64,000 nt of DNA from Rhynchobatus australiae. Taxonomy: Eukaryota. A program made the translations under genes and the position numbers. This document shows positions 1 through 12,150 of this stretch, in pieces (position 1 is the stretch's first letter; each line of letters begins with the position of its first letter). Location: assembly GCA_034780895.1 (NCBI GenBank), contig JAUZTB010000064.1:72426442-72490441 (forward strand). Direction: 5' to 3'. The notes under the pieces were generated by a model, which saw nothing but the letters and a program-made list of their open reading frames with translations, was not told the DNA's origin and did no database searches.

Positions 1-665
1 AGGATCTTATAGAAACATAAAAAATTATGAAAGGGATAAGACAAGATTTCTTTATTCATCACATGTAAGTCAAAATACACAATGAAATACTTCTTTGCAT
101 CAAATATTCTGGGGGATAGCCTGCAAGTCTCCCCACGCTTCTGGCACCAGCATAGCATGCCCACAACTCATAACCCACATGTTTCTGGAATGTAGGAGGA
201 AACTGGAGCACCCAGAGGAAACCCACGCAGTCACAGGGAGAAAATACAAACTCCTTACAGATAGTGGCCGGAATTCAACCCCGGTCACCGGTGCTGTAAT
301 AGCGTTATGCTAACTGCTACACTACAGGAAAGTTGCTCCCACTGGTAGGTGAGACTATAACTAAGAGACATGGCCTCTTTGGGGGAAGACATTTAGGATG
401 GTGATGAGGAGGAACTGCTTTTCCCAGAGAGTAGTTAATCTGTCGAATTCTCAGCTCAGGGAAGCAGTAGAGGCTGCCTCATTAAATATATTTAAGACAC
501 AGTTGGATAGATTTTTACATAGTGGGAGAATTAAGAGTTATGGGAAAAGGCAGGTAGGTGGAGCTGAGTCCACGGCTAGATCAGCCATGATCTTATTGAA
601 TGGTTGGTGGACCAGGTTCAATGAGCCAGATGACCACCTCCTGCTGCTATTTCTTGTGTTCTTAT
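1..665 (+). mobile_element. CR1/HER1-type LINE 3' fragment, interrupted by a SINE at about 41-325
   Basis: Translation at 398-703 (RRNCFSQRVVNLSNSQLREAVEAASLNIFKTQLDRFL) is the typical CR1 ORF2 C-terminus, followed by a CR1-type 3' tail. Confidence 0.8.
41..325 (-). mobile_element. tRNA-derived V-SINE/HE1-like SINE
   Basis: Reverse strand reads tagtgtagcagttagc...gttgaattcc (A/B box-like), then the V-domain-like tctccc..tgactgcgtgggtttcctctgggtgctccagtttcctcc. Same family as 28010-28230 and 44690-44995. Confidence 0.8.
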
Positions 666-2745
666 GGCCTTCTAATTCAAATAGAAAGGCATGCAAATTA
701 TAGAAATCCAAATTGCACAACAACAGAAATGATGGGAGAAGCAAGGATGAGGAAGGGAGGGGAAGGGAATAGAAAATATACAGGAGGCACAACTTGATTT
801 TAAAAATGGGGTACATCTTAGTTGATCTTACTGAGTGCAATTTTATCCTATATGCCTTTCTTTTCTCACTCGTCCCGCTACTATTCTGCCTCCAACCTTT
901 GGACTTGCATTCAAGCGGCATTAATATGAATCTCATGGGAAGACTCCATGTCAGAAGATTGGCAGAATTCCTCTGTTTGACACTGCTGAAAGGTAGTTTG
1001 CAGAATATTTTCAGTTACAGACAGAGGAAGAAAAATGTATTGCTTTAATAGACATTGATGTTTTAACATCAAAGTTTGTAGTCTGCACTGACTATTCATG
1101 TTCAAAGGAACTCATCCAAAAGTCTTAGAGAGCAAATAAGTACTGCAACTAGATTAAATGCAACAAGCTGTGTGTAATATCAAGAAGTTATCTGAAGACA
1201 AAGGAATTTTAACATTTTTAAATTTCTTAATTTCTTACTAAAATTCATTAAAGTTTTTAATCCCTGTGGTGGCAGCACTGGAGATCATGATGTCTTTTGC
1301 TATTTCTAATCATGAGAAAGTTCAACATTTTAAGCTTCCAAGCTCTACCTTACGTCATGACAGTTGATATCACTTCATTATTGTTTTATAATATTAAATT
1401 TAAATGTAATAAATTCCTTTGAAGGCTTTTGAAAATTTCTGTCTTTATTGAAGGGAATACTTTTCAAAGGTTAGCTGTCTGGCATGAGAGTCCAGATGTT
1501 TAATCTCATTATCCAGATTAAAATAATTAGATCTTTATTAGCTTTCTGTTGTAATTGCATCATTGGCTCAAGCAAGTCATTTCAAACTTTTTGCAAATGA
1601 GTATAGGTGCATGTACTTAAAGGTTACAATGCAGGCAGAAACTTCATAAAAAATGCAAATGCAATGCTTGGTTTGATATCTGGAATATAAAACTTTTGAG
1701 ATTGTGTATAAGACCTTGGTTAGTTGGAGTGCTCTTACAATCCTCTCCCCTGGATCAAAACATACAAGGATATGAAAGGATATAAAAGCAATACTACATT
1801 GAATAACAAGAAAATTCCATTGATGTATAATTACAGTTGCCAAGATAAACCTCTGAGACAGAAGGTGGTTGGAATTCTTTGCTTTTAACTGTTTATGAAA
1901 ATTTAATATGAAATTTTATAAACTTAAATTGATGCTNNNNNNNNNNNNNNNNNNNNNNNNNNNNNNNNNNNNNNNNNNNNNNNNNNNNNNNNNNNNNNNN
2001 NNNNNNNNNNNNNNNNNNNNNNNNNNNNNNNNNNNNNNNNNNNNNNNNNNNNNNNNNNNNNNNNNNNNNNNNNNNNNNNNNNNNNNNNNNNNNNNNNNNN
2101 NNNNNNNNNNNNNNNNNNNNNNNNNNNNNNNNNNNNNNNNNNNNNNNNNNNNNNNNNNNNNNNNNNNNNNNNNNNNNNNNNNNNNNNNNNNNNNNNNNNN
2201 NNNNNNNNNNNNNNNNNNNNNNNNNNNNNNNNNNNNNNNNNNNNNNNNNNNNNNNNNNNNNNNNNNNNNNNNNNNNNNNNNNNNNNNNNNNNNNNNNNNN
2301 NNNNNNNNNNNNNNNNNNNNNNNNNNNNNNNNNNNNNNNNNNNNNNNNNNNNNNNNNNNNNNNNNNNNNNNNNNNNNNNNNNNNNNNNNNNNNNNNNNNN
2401 NNNNNNNNNNNNNNNNNNNNNNNNNNNNNNNNNNNNNNNNNNNNNNNNNNNNNNNNNNNNNNNNNNNNNNNNNNNNNNNNNNNNNNNNNNNNNNNNNNNN
2501 NNNNNNNNNNNNNNNNNNNNNNNNNNNNNNNNNNNNNNNNNNNNNNNNNNNNNNNNNNNNNNNNNNNNNNNNNNNNNNNNNNNNNNNNNNNNNNNNNNNN
2601 NNNNNNNNNNNNNNNNNNNNNNNNNNNNNNNNNNNNNNNNNNNNNNNNNNNNNNNNNNNNNNNNNNNNNNNNNNNNNNNNNNNNNNNNNNNNNNNNNNNN
2701 NNNNNNNNNNNNNNNNNNNNNNNNNNNNNNNNNNNNNNNNNNNNN

Positions 2746-3339
2746 TTCCAAGGTAACAAAGAAGACATTTCATGAGCATAGAAGTTTGCTTACTGAAGTC
2801 TTGAGCATCCACTGCTGATGAAACAATGGAAATCAAGACACTGCCCAGCAGCAAAGGACTTGTGTTTATATCCACAAATGCACTGAAGGAATTGACCATC
2901 AGACCCACAAAGGAAAATTGGTGCTCCCAAATCTGACAAAAGTCTGTACAAGATTGATTCTTCTTGCATTTCATTGTTTGTATGTATCAGCCTTCTCCTG
3001 AAGGTTGCCCCATAAAAGTCTATACATGAATGTAGAACCTCTGAGCAACCTCAGCTTCTGGCTGGCTGAGAACTGTACTGTCTTTTCTCATGTTCTGGAT
3101 GCAGGGTGATTGTGAGCATTGGCTCCTCATGTCCAGATGCTATATAATTATGACTATATGTCAGCACCTGAGCTACTGTATGAAAATGTTAAATCAAGTG
3201 ACAATTTCTTTTCATCTTCACTCCCCACTTGCTCTTCAACTTGGCTCAGTTTACACAACATATGCCATAGTAGACCTGAAAGGCATTGTGTCACTGATGC
3301 AACAGGCTCTGTGTTGTTGGATTCAATGACCAATTGACT
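2746..3339 (-). pseudogene. Candidate C-terminal exon of the decayed gene (Cys motifs plus hydrophobic TM-like segment)
   Basis: Frames give IWT*GANA / CSQSPCIQNM...RFYIHV*...TDFCQIWEHQFSFVGL...PLLLGSVLISIVSSAV, compared with recalled CATSPERG IEWLCLENAPCYDNV...EFFFKV...TYCNYQLTFLLHIHGL plus TM. Confidence 0.4.
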
Positions 3340-5047
3340 CTGGCAAATCTATGGGAGAATGAGTGAGAAAGACATAAGACTGTAATAATCTTGGGGCTAA
3401 GTTTTAGGGAGGCAATTACTTTCATCATTTCCTACTCTCTCTGTATTCTGAAATTCAAGAAATATCCAGGTTAACCTCTGTCGTGAGAGAGGGTTTGTGA
3501 TCAGGAACTCTTTTCTCATTATGCATTGTTTTTCCTTCCAGTTACAAAAAGCATTTGTAAATGCTAAAAGGTAGAGGAACACATGCAGGCCCTGGAATGT
3601 CTGGGTGTGACTGTCAAAGTCAGAGTTTATTGTCATATACATAAGTACATGTATGCACAGATGCAATGAAAAACTTACTTACACCAGCATCGCAGGCACA
3701 TAGCATCATATAAGCATAAATTAAACTTAAATTATACAGAAATTTTACAAGAAAAAATTAAGTGTTTAAACTGTGTATTAAATAAATCAGTTGTATTTCA
3801 GTAGCTTATCACTTGCATTCTTTCCGATGAGCTTTGTGATGACAAAAAAGAACATAAGATTTAGGAGCTGGAGTAGGCCATTCAGTCTTTCAAGCTTGTT
3901 CCAATATTCATTTAAGATCACTGCAGATTTCTAACCACAGCTATATTTTCCTCATACCTTTGATTCCCTTAATATCACAAATCTATCAATCTCTCTTTTG
4001 AATTAAGTCAGTGACTGAAGCTCCACATCCAACTGGGGTANNNNNNNNNNNNNNNNNNNNNNNNNNNNNNNNNNNNNNNNNNNNNNNNNTTATATCATAT
4101 ACTGTGTTTTAATGTACTGGTGATCTACTACAGAATAGTGAATGCACTACCCTGATTATTTTTTTTAACAAAAAGCAACAAGTAATTGATCAATTTTTAT
4201 ATGAGCAACAGCGCTAAATCTTGTCTCATGATGGTTTTCAGAGACTTCCTGATTTATGAGATTTGTCTGCTTACTTATTACAAGATATCAATGACTCTCT
4301 CTGAGCAAATTTTAGGTGATTTTGCAGCACTAAAAATTAATTTTCTCAGTGTTTTCCTGAAACAACTCACTTGGAACCTTGTTTGCCTCTGTGCATACTG
4401 AGAAAAGGACATTTCATAAAAGCCACAGTGGCGGAATATTACACAGAGGCCTTAATTAAAACATTTAATCAATGGGTTTAGGCCTCTGAGGACTCTAAGA
4501 TGAGGAATAGAACATGTGGTGCTGCTGCATCCAAATTGGAGGTCTTTTGAGTCATACAATTTTAATTATTTTATATTTAAAACTATGGTGATTTTTAAAA
4601 TGCTAATGAGTACATTAATTTCCTTTTGCATCTATTAACTATGATTAATTGTAAGCCCTAGCTTCAACCAACTTGTGTGATCTCTAGCCCTCCACTGTGT
4701 CATACTCCCTGTACGTTTTGTGTATTCAATTAGTTAAGAGCTATCAATTTCAAGTTTAATATTAACTCAGTGATTGGTTAGGATCAGGAACTCACAAACA
4801 AAAAGGCTGTGAAGAGCCATGGGGAAAGAGCAATGGAATGGGATTTATGGGATTGCTCTTTTGGGAGCTGGCATGGATTTGATGAGCTGATGGGCCTCCT
4901 TCCGTGCTGTAATAATTCAATGATTCTAAGTGTTTATGAGAGGTTCACAAAGTTAATGTGTATGTGTACATACTGTAACTCAGCTGTGCCATTGACACTG
5001 TAATCTTAACATTAACTCCAAGTTAATAAATTAACAAATTTACTTAC

Positions 5048-5124
5048 CAAATCAATAATCTTCTCTAATTAACTGCATCACTGGCACCATTTATAGTTAA
5101 GGATCCATTTTTGTTATAAATTTC
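5048..5124 (-). pseudogene. Exon of the decayed gene (EIYNKNGSLTINGASDAVN*RRLLIW)
   Basis: Strong acceptor ttttacttgtcag|G and donor TTG|gtaagt; one in-frame TAG; resembles recalled CATSPERG EIYRFNSPL...SLIW. Confidence 0.55.
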
Positions 5125-5519
5125 CTGACAAGTAAAATATTAACAAAATCTACTTGCTATTGTTTCTACAAGTGCTGCACATCCAAAATAGTGCTATATT
5201 ATGTAATGTTCAATTGCATTTCACTCTTTAAATATTTTCCTTCAAAATTGTAATTGAATATTTAAGCACAAATTAATCATTAATGTGATCTAGCAAACAG
5301 AAGACTATGAAGTCCAAGAAATGTATTGTCTGCCTGCTAAATTACTGGATTTCACAGCAACAGTGACCTTGAAGTGCCCTAGTAATTGTTAAATGTTGTA
5401 TGACCCATGATGGAAGTTGTGTCATCAAAAGGGAGAAAAGTTTCCTTTTTTGGGGGGAAATTGATTTCTCCCTGTTAGCAGCCTCAACACCAAACCAATG
5501 TCAATGACCTTGAGAACAA

Positions 5520-5645
5520 AAAATTTGCAAAAGTTGGAAATCCAAAACAATAATAAAGAATGCTGGAAGCACCCAGCAGATCAGGCAGTATCACTGGAGA
5601 CTGAAACAGAGCTGATATTTTCGGTCAAGGACCTTTCATCACACT
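5520..5645 (-). mobile_element. Penelope-like terminal repeat remnant with hammerhead-like core
   Basis: Reverse complement of 5619-5641 is TGATGAAAGGTCCTTGACCGAAA, embedded in the recurrent aatgctgga...cagc.g.tcaggcag repeat. Confidence 0.55.
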
Positions 5646-5969
5646 TGAAGAGTGAAAAGACAAGCATGTTTTGTTACACAAAGTGCGAGGTGGAGCTAAC
5701 AGAGGGAAAATTTGTGATAGGGTGCAGACCAAAGTAGATATAATAGGACTGAAAATTGGATAAGTCTTGCAAAAGCAAACAGGTTAGCAATTCTCCATTT
5801 TATCATGACTGCTGCAGGTGAAAATCAGCTCCATTATTGCTGGAAAACACTTTGCAGAATAGAGAATTATTTGGTGGTTACACATATTTTGTCAAGGATT
5901 ATCAGTTGTTTGCAGTAAAATAAGAAGTTTGGAAGCAAATTTATCAAGGAAAACTACTTCTTTCCCACA

Positions 5970-6200
5970 GCAGGCTTCACAATCCAAGAGTATCCCAAAC
6001 ATTCAATGAAGTATGTTCAAACTGCTGCAAAGTTGAAAATGCAGCAGCCGGTTTACACCTAGCAAGATCCCACAAGGCATGCAATGATGATCAGATCATC
6101 TTTTTCCTGGTGAAGAAAGCTGAGAGATAAATGTTGGCCAGGAAAACCCTTTATGCGCTTCTTCAAAATGCCGAAGTGACTTGTTCCTGTTCACTGAAAA
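5970..6200 (-). mobile_element. Old Deu-domain-like SINE fragment
   Basis: Degenerate match to DeuSINE-type sequence (gcaagatcccaca...gataaatgttggccaggaaaac...cttcttcaaaat). Confidence 0.4.
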
Positions 6201-6649
6201 GGGGGACCTACGTGAATTACCAGCAATGTGCAGCCGTGCTGGCAGCTAACCGGATAAGATATATATGGTGAGAGAGGCATTGAGGATGTGAAAACATGAG
6301 AACTTGCAGAGAAATCTCATGGACAGCTGTTTTTATCCATTTTTCCAGGTGTTCTACAGGCGAATACCTATAGAAATTCCAAGCCGAAGATTCTGCACAA
6401 AGCACGAGACTGACCGTAATTGGAGCACATCGTGCAATTCTAGTTTTCCATATAACCACAAGAACATCCCTGGCAACCTGAGTCAGTGCAGAAAAAAGCA
6501 AATGAATTGTTACCTTGCTTAAGGCATCTGAGCTCTAACGAGAGGTTTAATGCAAATTTGCATTGATATATCCTTTAAAAACAACAAATTATTCTTATGA
6601 AGTGACATTAATCAAAATCTTACACCTATCTACAGGAGGAAATGTCATG

Positions 6650-8600
6650 ATAGATAAGCAAACAGTAGTCATAGAGGTAGATTTTGCTTAAAGCAGGAGA
6701 GTGAGGTGGACAGATGGACAACTGCAAAAAGTGAATTTCAGAATTTAGGATCAAGGTAGATGTGAGCATGGCTACTGATGGTGGAGGTCAGAAGCAAAGG
6801 AGTGCAGAGGTCTTAAAGGCTTTTAGACCTGGTAAAGAGTGAAGAAGGTATGGAGAAGTGAAATCATGGAAGGTTTGTATAGAAGGAAGAGATTTGCCAG
6901 ACCAGGAGCTGATGTAGGCAGGAAGCACAGTGGTGACGGATCAACAGAACTTAGTGTGAGTTAAGATATGGGCAGCAAAATTTTGAATGAGCACATAAGT
7001 TTATGCAGGATGAAAATTGGGAAGCTGGCCAGAGAATAATGCAATAGTTGCCAAGAGCTAACAATGGGACAGGTGAGGGTTTCAGCTGGAGATGAGCTGA
7101 GGCAAGAATGTAGTTGAATGACATTATAGAAACAGAAGTGAACAACCTTGTTGATCGGCTGGATATGTGATTGGAAGCTCATTCCAGGGTTAAGCACAGT
7201 ACTGAGATTACAAATTGTCCAGTTTGGCTTCACTCATTTGACCAGGAGAGGGATAGAAATGATGCAAAAAATGGAATTTGTGCCAGAGAATGAAGATCTT
7301 GGCTTTAGTCTTCCTAATATCTAGTCAGAGGAAATTTGTGTTCAGATGTGTGACAAAATAGAGAAAGTGGAGAAGTCGACAAAAGTGGTGATTATACAGA
7401 ACTATATAGAGAGTCTTTTGGGAAGTGAAGCACAGCATCTGGAATGAGAAATAATGGAGCCTTGAGGGATTCCAGAGGTAATATTTTGGAAGTGGGAAGA
7501 GAAGTCTCAGCAGATTATTAATTGGTTTGGTGAGAATAGACCAGGTAAAGATGGTACTACTCAGCTGAATGATGGAGGAGTGGCTCTGGTAGTGGCTGTT
7601 GACAGGTCAAGAAGGGATTGTTTACTCTGGTCACAGTCATTTAAACAGTTCGATAAGGGTCATTTCAGATAAAGGCAAAACCCTGATTAAAGTAAATTAT
7701 ATCTGGAATTAGGGGAGATATGAGTACATATTTTTGAAACAACATCTTCAAGGACTTTGAAGAAAAAGGAATGCTGGAGATGGGGCTCCAGTCCACAATA
7801 ACAGAAAAGTTAAGGGTGGATATTTTATGAAGCATGTGCTGATGTGAAGGGTAGGGGCTTGTGCCGATGTGAAGGGTAGGGGCTTGTGCCAGAGAGATAG
7901 TCCCTCAACAACAAATCAGGAAGGGAAGTTGGTTGATAAGTAGTTTAGTAAGAATTGAGTTGAGGCAGCAGGAGTTCAGTCTCATGAACAGTGATTTCCA
8001 AGTAGATGCAATGGAAGACCAGAAGAAACCTAAAGATACAAGATAAGAGCTAGGACAGGAGAAAACATGAAAGTAAGTTTGGCCTGATCGGGGCAAAGGC
8101 AGATGAAAAGTTGGTCTCGCTCTTTTATAAAGAGAAATCAATCAGCTCTTTTCACTTTTTATTGGAGGTTAAACTAAATGGGTGGGGGTGGTGGGGAGAA
8201 CTAACAGGAATTTAAGCAGATTGTTTCTAATGAAGAAAATGACCCAGAGGTTACCTTTGCTTTCCAAGCTTATCCTGGAATAGTGGACAGTTCTGGCAGA
8301 GACCAGTAATATCCGATAAATAACTCACTCAATCTCCACAACCGGTGTCCAATTCTGAGTTCCTTGGACTTAAGGGAATTGGGACATGGGCCAAACCCAG
8401 AGGGAATGGCCAATAATGAGAGCCTTAATGGAGACAAGGACATTAAAGTTGGAAATGAGAGCATGATTGAGCACTGTGATAACTGCAGAGTTGAAATGAT
8501 GAATAAAAGCTCATAAGTGGTCAGTTAAAAGCTTGAAGCTGAAGTTGTAGGTAACTTGAAGGAGAGTTTTTCCAGGGTGAATACAGAAAGAAGTAGGTTT
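6650..8600 (-). mobile_element. Highly decayed LINE (L2-like)
   Basis: Long purine-rich + strand typical of an antisense L2; no intact ORF; contains a 25-bp tandem duplication at about 7840-7890. Confidence 0.35.
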
Positions 8601-9131
8601 GGGTTAGGAAAAGTTTGAAGAATCTGGGACTGTTTAGTCTGGAAAAGAGAAGCCCTGGAGAAAGATATCACTCAAAATTTAGAGGAAATGGTGAAACTGA
8701 ACCTGGATATGAAGAATGTTTGAAATTGCCACATACTCTAGAGTAAGGGATGCAACCTCAAGGTTCGTTGCGGGATTGTTTACATCAACTATCTACGTAG
8801 AAGGTGGTGAAAACATGGATTGGATCCCACAAGGATGTAATAAAAATGTGTAGTACAGAGCAATTTAAGGGACAATTTTATATATTTTTTGAATGAGTGG
8901 CTGATCTTAGATTTTGGAACTGAATGAACTCCTCCATTTTCTTATGTTGACATTTGACAAAGCCCAGAAACAATTTGATATTCAACACAAAATATTGTCC
9001 TAATAGCATTCCAAGCTGCACTGAGAAATCAATATTCATTTAGCTGAGACATATTGTAGGTTTCTATCCCTTTTCTGTGCTAATGTAAAGTAGGGACACT
9101 GGTAAGATTGTGTTACTTAAGAGAAAATTAC

Positions 9132-9231
9132 CCAAATGCTATCCAGTGAAATTCTGTAAAGATCTATCTGTATCCTTGAGGTGAAGGATTGAGCTCTCCT
9201 GGGATATCACTAGTCGTATTAATATCAACAA
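9132..9231 (-). pseudogene. Exon of the decayed gene (VDINTTSDIPGELNPSPQGYR*IFTEFHWIAF)
   Basis: cag| acceptor and GG|gtaatt donor; SPQGYR*IF resembles the recalled CPPGKRLAF motif, with TAG at the Leu position. Confidence 0.45.
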
Positions 9232-10386
9232 CTGTTATTAATGTAATATTAATAATTGACAGTAGGTTTAAGTGGCTAAAAAAAATTAATACTCATCACC
9301 CAGAAGTCAAACATATATATCTCAAAAAGGAAGAAATTTTGCTCCCTACTTTTCTCCTCATTGCACAGCAAACTCAGCGAAGACGTTACAAGGTGTCAGC
9401 TAAAAAGTATTACTGTTACCTGTGACTTAAAGGTAGATTTAATGTGTTACTCAATGGTATGAGTAACAAGCCTTCTGGAGTACAGATGCCCCATAGCAAG
9501 CATATTTTAGGAGAGCAGATAGAATGTCAAAAGAGTAAAGATAAGGTTGAGACATTTCTGGTTATAATTATTACATATCTTACATTAATATTAGAACTTG
9601 AACTCAATTAATAGTAGCTGTAAATGTACTTTTATATTTCTGGGACTCACCCATTCAGTTTCAGAGTTCTGCACAGTAGGCTGGAACGGATATTTCCTTT
9701 CACATCAGCAGAAATGCCGCACCCATTTTTAATCTTTAGGCATTATGCCAGAGTTTTTAATAAATCTTTACTAGAAAAGTTTCACCTTCCACAAAGAATA
9801 TTAACTAGTTTGCTTCAACAGTATTATATAGATTCATGAACCCAGAAAGGTAATTCCCTTGCTTCAAATAATCTGACAATCCCTGTCATGGAAGAAAAAA
9901 GATTCCTTTTGATTTGTTTTACACTGTCAAGTGATTAGAAAGTTGTTCAGATTTAACCTCATAAAACAAGTTTGAATTTCAGTTAAGCTATCTTAATTAT
10001 ACATTTAAGTGGAACTGTTGCCACTGACTTCACGAATTACTGATGTGCCTGATTTATATTTTGGCTGTTGTGTTAGCTACGTCAGTATCACTTTTGGCCA
10101 ATATGTCTGAAATACTGGAATGGAATATATTGCTTGTCAGAAAAAGTTTAATTATGAGATGGATAAATTGTAAAATGAAGCTTTAGTCAGGTTAATACAA
10201 TATAGATACAGTCAGAGTTAATTNNNNNNNNNNNNNNNNNNNNNNNNNNNNNNNNNNNNNNNNNNNNNNNNNNNNNNNNNNNNNNNNNNNNNNNNNNNNN
10301 NNNNNNNNNNNNNNNNNNNNNNNGATACAGTCAGAGGTAATTAAAAATCTGAACTGGAAGCTAGAAAAAAAGGCAATGTAAATTAC

Positions 10387-10491
10387 TTTTAAAGTCATTC
10401 CCAGTGACCCTTTTCAGAACTGGGAAAGAGATGCAAATCATTTTCCGGTAGATGAAAAGATGGGGAGGGATATTCACAACGTAAGGAATGT
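10387..10491 (-). pseudogene. Exon of the decayed gene (IPYVVNIPPHLFIYRKMICISFPVLKRVTGNDFK)
   Basis: cattttgcag| acceptor, A|gtaatt donor, 105 nt, open and phase-compatible with both neighbouring exons; resembles recalled ELPERIFLDKGTEYSFAI. Confidence 0.55.
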
Positions 10492-10739
10492 CTGCAAAAT
10501 GTAATGAAATACAAAATAAAATGCTGACTGTAACCGGAAAGCTCATGTTTTTACCAATTGTCTCCCACTCCCCTTCCCTACACATCCCTACCTCTACATT
10601 CATTGTCACCACACCTGCTGACACAATTCTGTAAAATTTCCATGATTAATTTGTAATAAAAAATTTTAACAGTTCAACAAAATAAACACTTTTGTCAGTG
10701 AGATTAATGGTCACTCCTAATTCTAATATAAATCATTCC

Positions 10740-10900
10740 AAAATAAAACCAGAAAATGCTGGAAATACTCTGCAGGACTGATGAGAAGTCATTAACCTGA
10801 AACATTAACTCTGTTGCTCTATCCATGCATCCTGCCTGATTTGCTGAGCATTTATAGCATTCCTGTTTTTATTTCATATTTCCAGCATCTGCAGGTTTTT
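10740..10900 (+). mobile_element. Penelope-like inverted-repeat remnant with CTGATGA...GAAAC motif
   Basis: aaaatgctggaaatactc ... ctgatgagaagtcattaacctgaaac (10778-10803) ... ttccagcatctgcag; the arms are mutually complementary. Confidence 0.55.
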
Positions 10901-11759
10901 TGCCTTTCTGTTACAATCCTTGTTCCTAATTGCTCAAAATTAATGGTGCATCAGAAATCAGTTTCACCACTGAATCTCTTAATGCACATTGGAACATCAT
11001 TTCCTCCTATCAAAAATGTTGGTAGAAAATTACATAAATATTGACAAACCTGAAACCAATAAATAGAGAGTTCAAATATACCAGTAAATTTACTCATAGT
11101 ACACTGGTTCCAAGGTAAAACTTTATGTTGAATAAGCACTTTGGATACTCCTGGAAGAGATACCAACCACCACCTTTGTTTTTGCTGTTTCTCTTTCTTT
11201 TGACCTTTCCCAACATGTCTACAAATGTGGCATTGTGTGTGTGTGTGTGTGATAGCCTTTCAAAATATATCATGAGAATGCAAAATAGGAATGTCACTGG
11301 CATAATTTACTAGGGGTGATAAAATCAAAATCAAAATCCAGGAAGCTGCTTAATATGTTAATAGCAGCAGCAAATTGGAACTGGATAGGTCTGTGAGTAA
11401 CCAGCTGGGAACTAGACAAGGCATTGTCCTTCCGAATAAATGATACAATTGCTATAATGACCATATTGCAGAGCCATGTTTTATACTTTTTTCATTTTGT
11501 TGAATTAATATTTCACTGCATTAAGGCACAGTTTACTGGACTGTCATCTGTGAGAGATATCTCAAAATATATCCGTTGGATATTGGATGGTAAGAAAGCC
11601 CCCCCAAAACAAAAACTATTGATAACACAAGGAAAGCATAACATTGAGGTTACAAATTGTTACTGCAAGATCTTGTCTGTAAGTGAACTCCTAGAGGAAA
11701 TATAACTTACTGACAGCTTCTATCATGAAATATAAAAATTAAGGTTTATCCACCTTAGA

Positions 11760-12150
11760 CAGAGAATCATATGGTCACAAGAAATCTCCAATAGAGACCT
11801 ATTTGTCTCTCTCAGATCTACCCAGCTTTATCCCATCTTCCAATGCATTGTCCATAAAACTGTAGGTCACAGCTCTTCAGGTACACATCCAAGTATTTCT
11901 TAAAATGTAATGAGAGTTTCTGCCTCCATCAACCTTTCAGGCAATGAGTTCCAGTCACCACCCTCTGGCTGAAAATAATCTTGTTCATCTCCACTTTAAT
12001 CCTTTTAGTTAATAATCTGTATTGACGTCCTATAGTTTTTGACCCCTCTGCTACAGGAAACAAGTCCTTCCTATTTAATTTACCTCGGCCTATCATAATT
12101 TAAGCACCTCAATTGAGTTCATCAGCCATTTTGTTCCAAATTTAAAATCC
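11760..12150 (-). mobile_element. CR1-type LINE 3' fragment
   Basis: Antisense CR1 signatures (tctgcctccatcaacctttcaggcaatgagttccag..accctctgg). Confidence 0.6.

Noticed and set aside
1893-2974. Long ORFs in the track spanning N runs (also at 16.6, 23.4, 31.6, 33, 35, 36.8, 47-48.5, 53.5 and 63.7 kb)
   Set aside because: They are open only because Ns hide stop codons.
4330-4560. Minus-strand frame LQFGCSSTTC...FN*GL...HCGFYEMSF as the C-terminal Cys domain of the fossil gene
   Set aside because: No convincing acceptor, and 3339-2750 fits the same motifs better and is followed by a hydrophobic segment. It also shows that single by-eye motif matches can be spurious.
6304-6522. Plus-strand ORF containing FYPFF, and a possible ADCY10-like EISL..LSH..LIRLAA match on the minus strand
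   Set aside because: The first is on the wrong strand for the fossil gene; the second is an isolated short resemblance unsupported by neighbouring exons.
7838-7890. 25-bp direct repeat (also 22-bp at about 17128-17171) as a possible array
   Set aside because: Only two adjacent copies with no spacers; ordinary slippage duplications inside old LINEs, not CRISPR-like.
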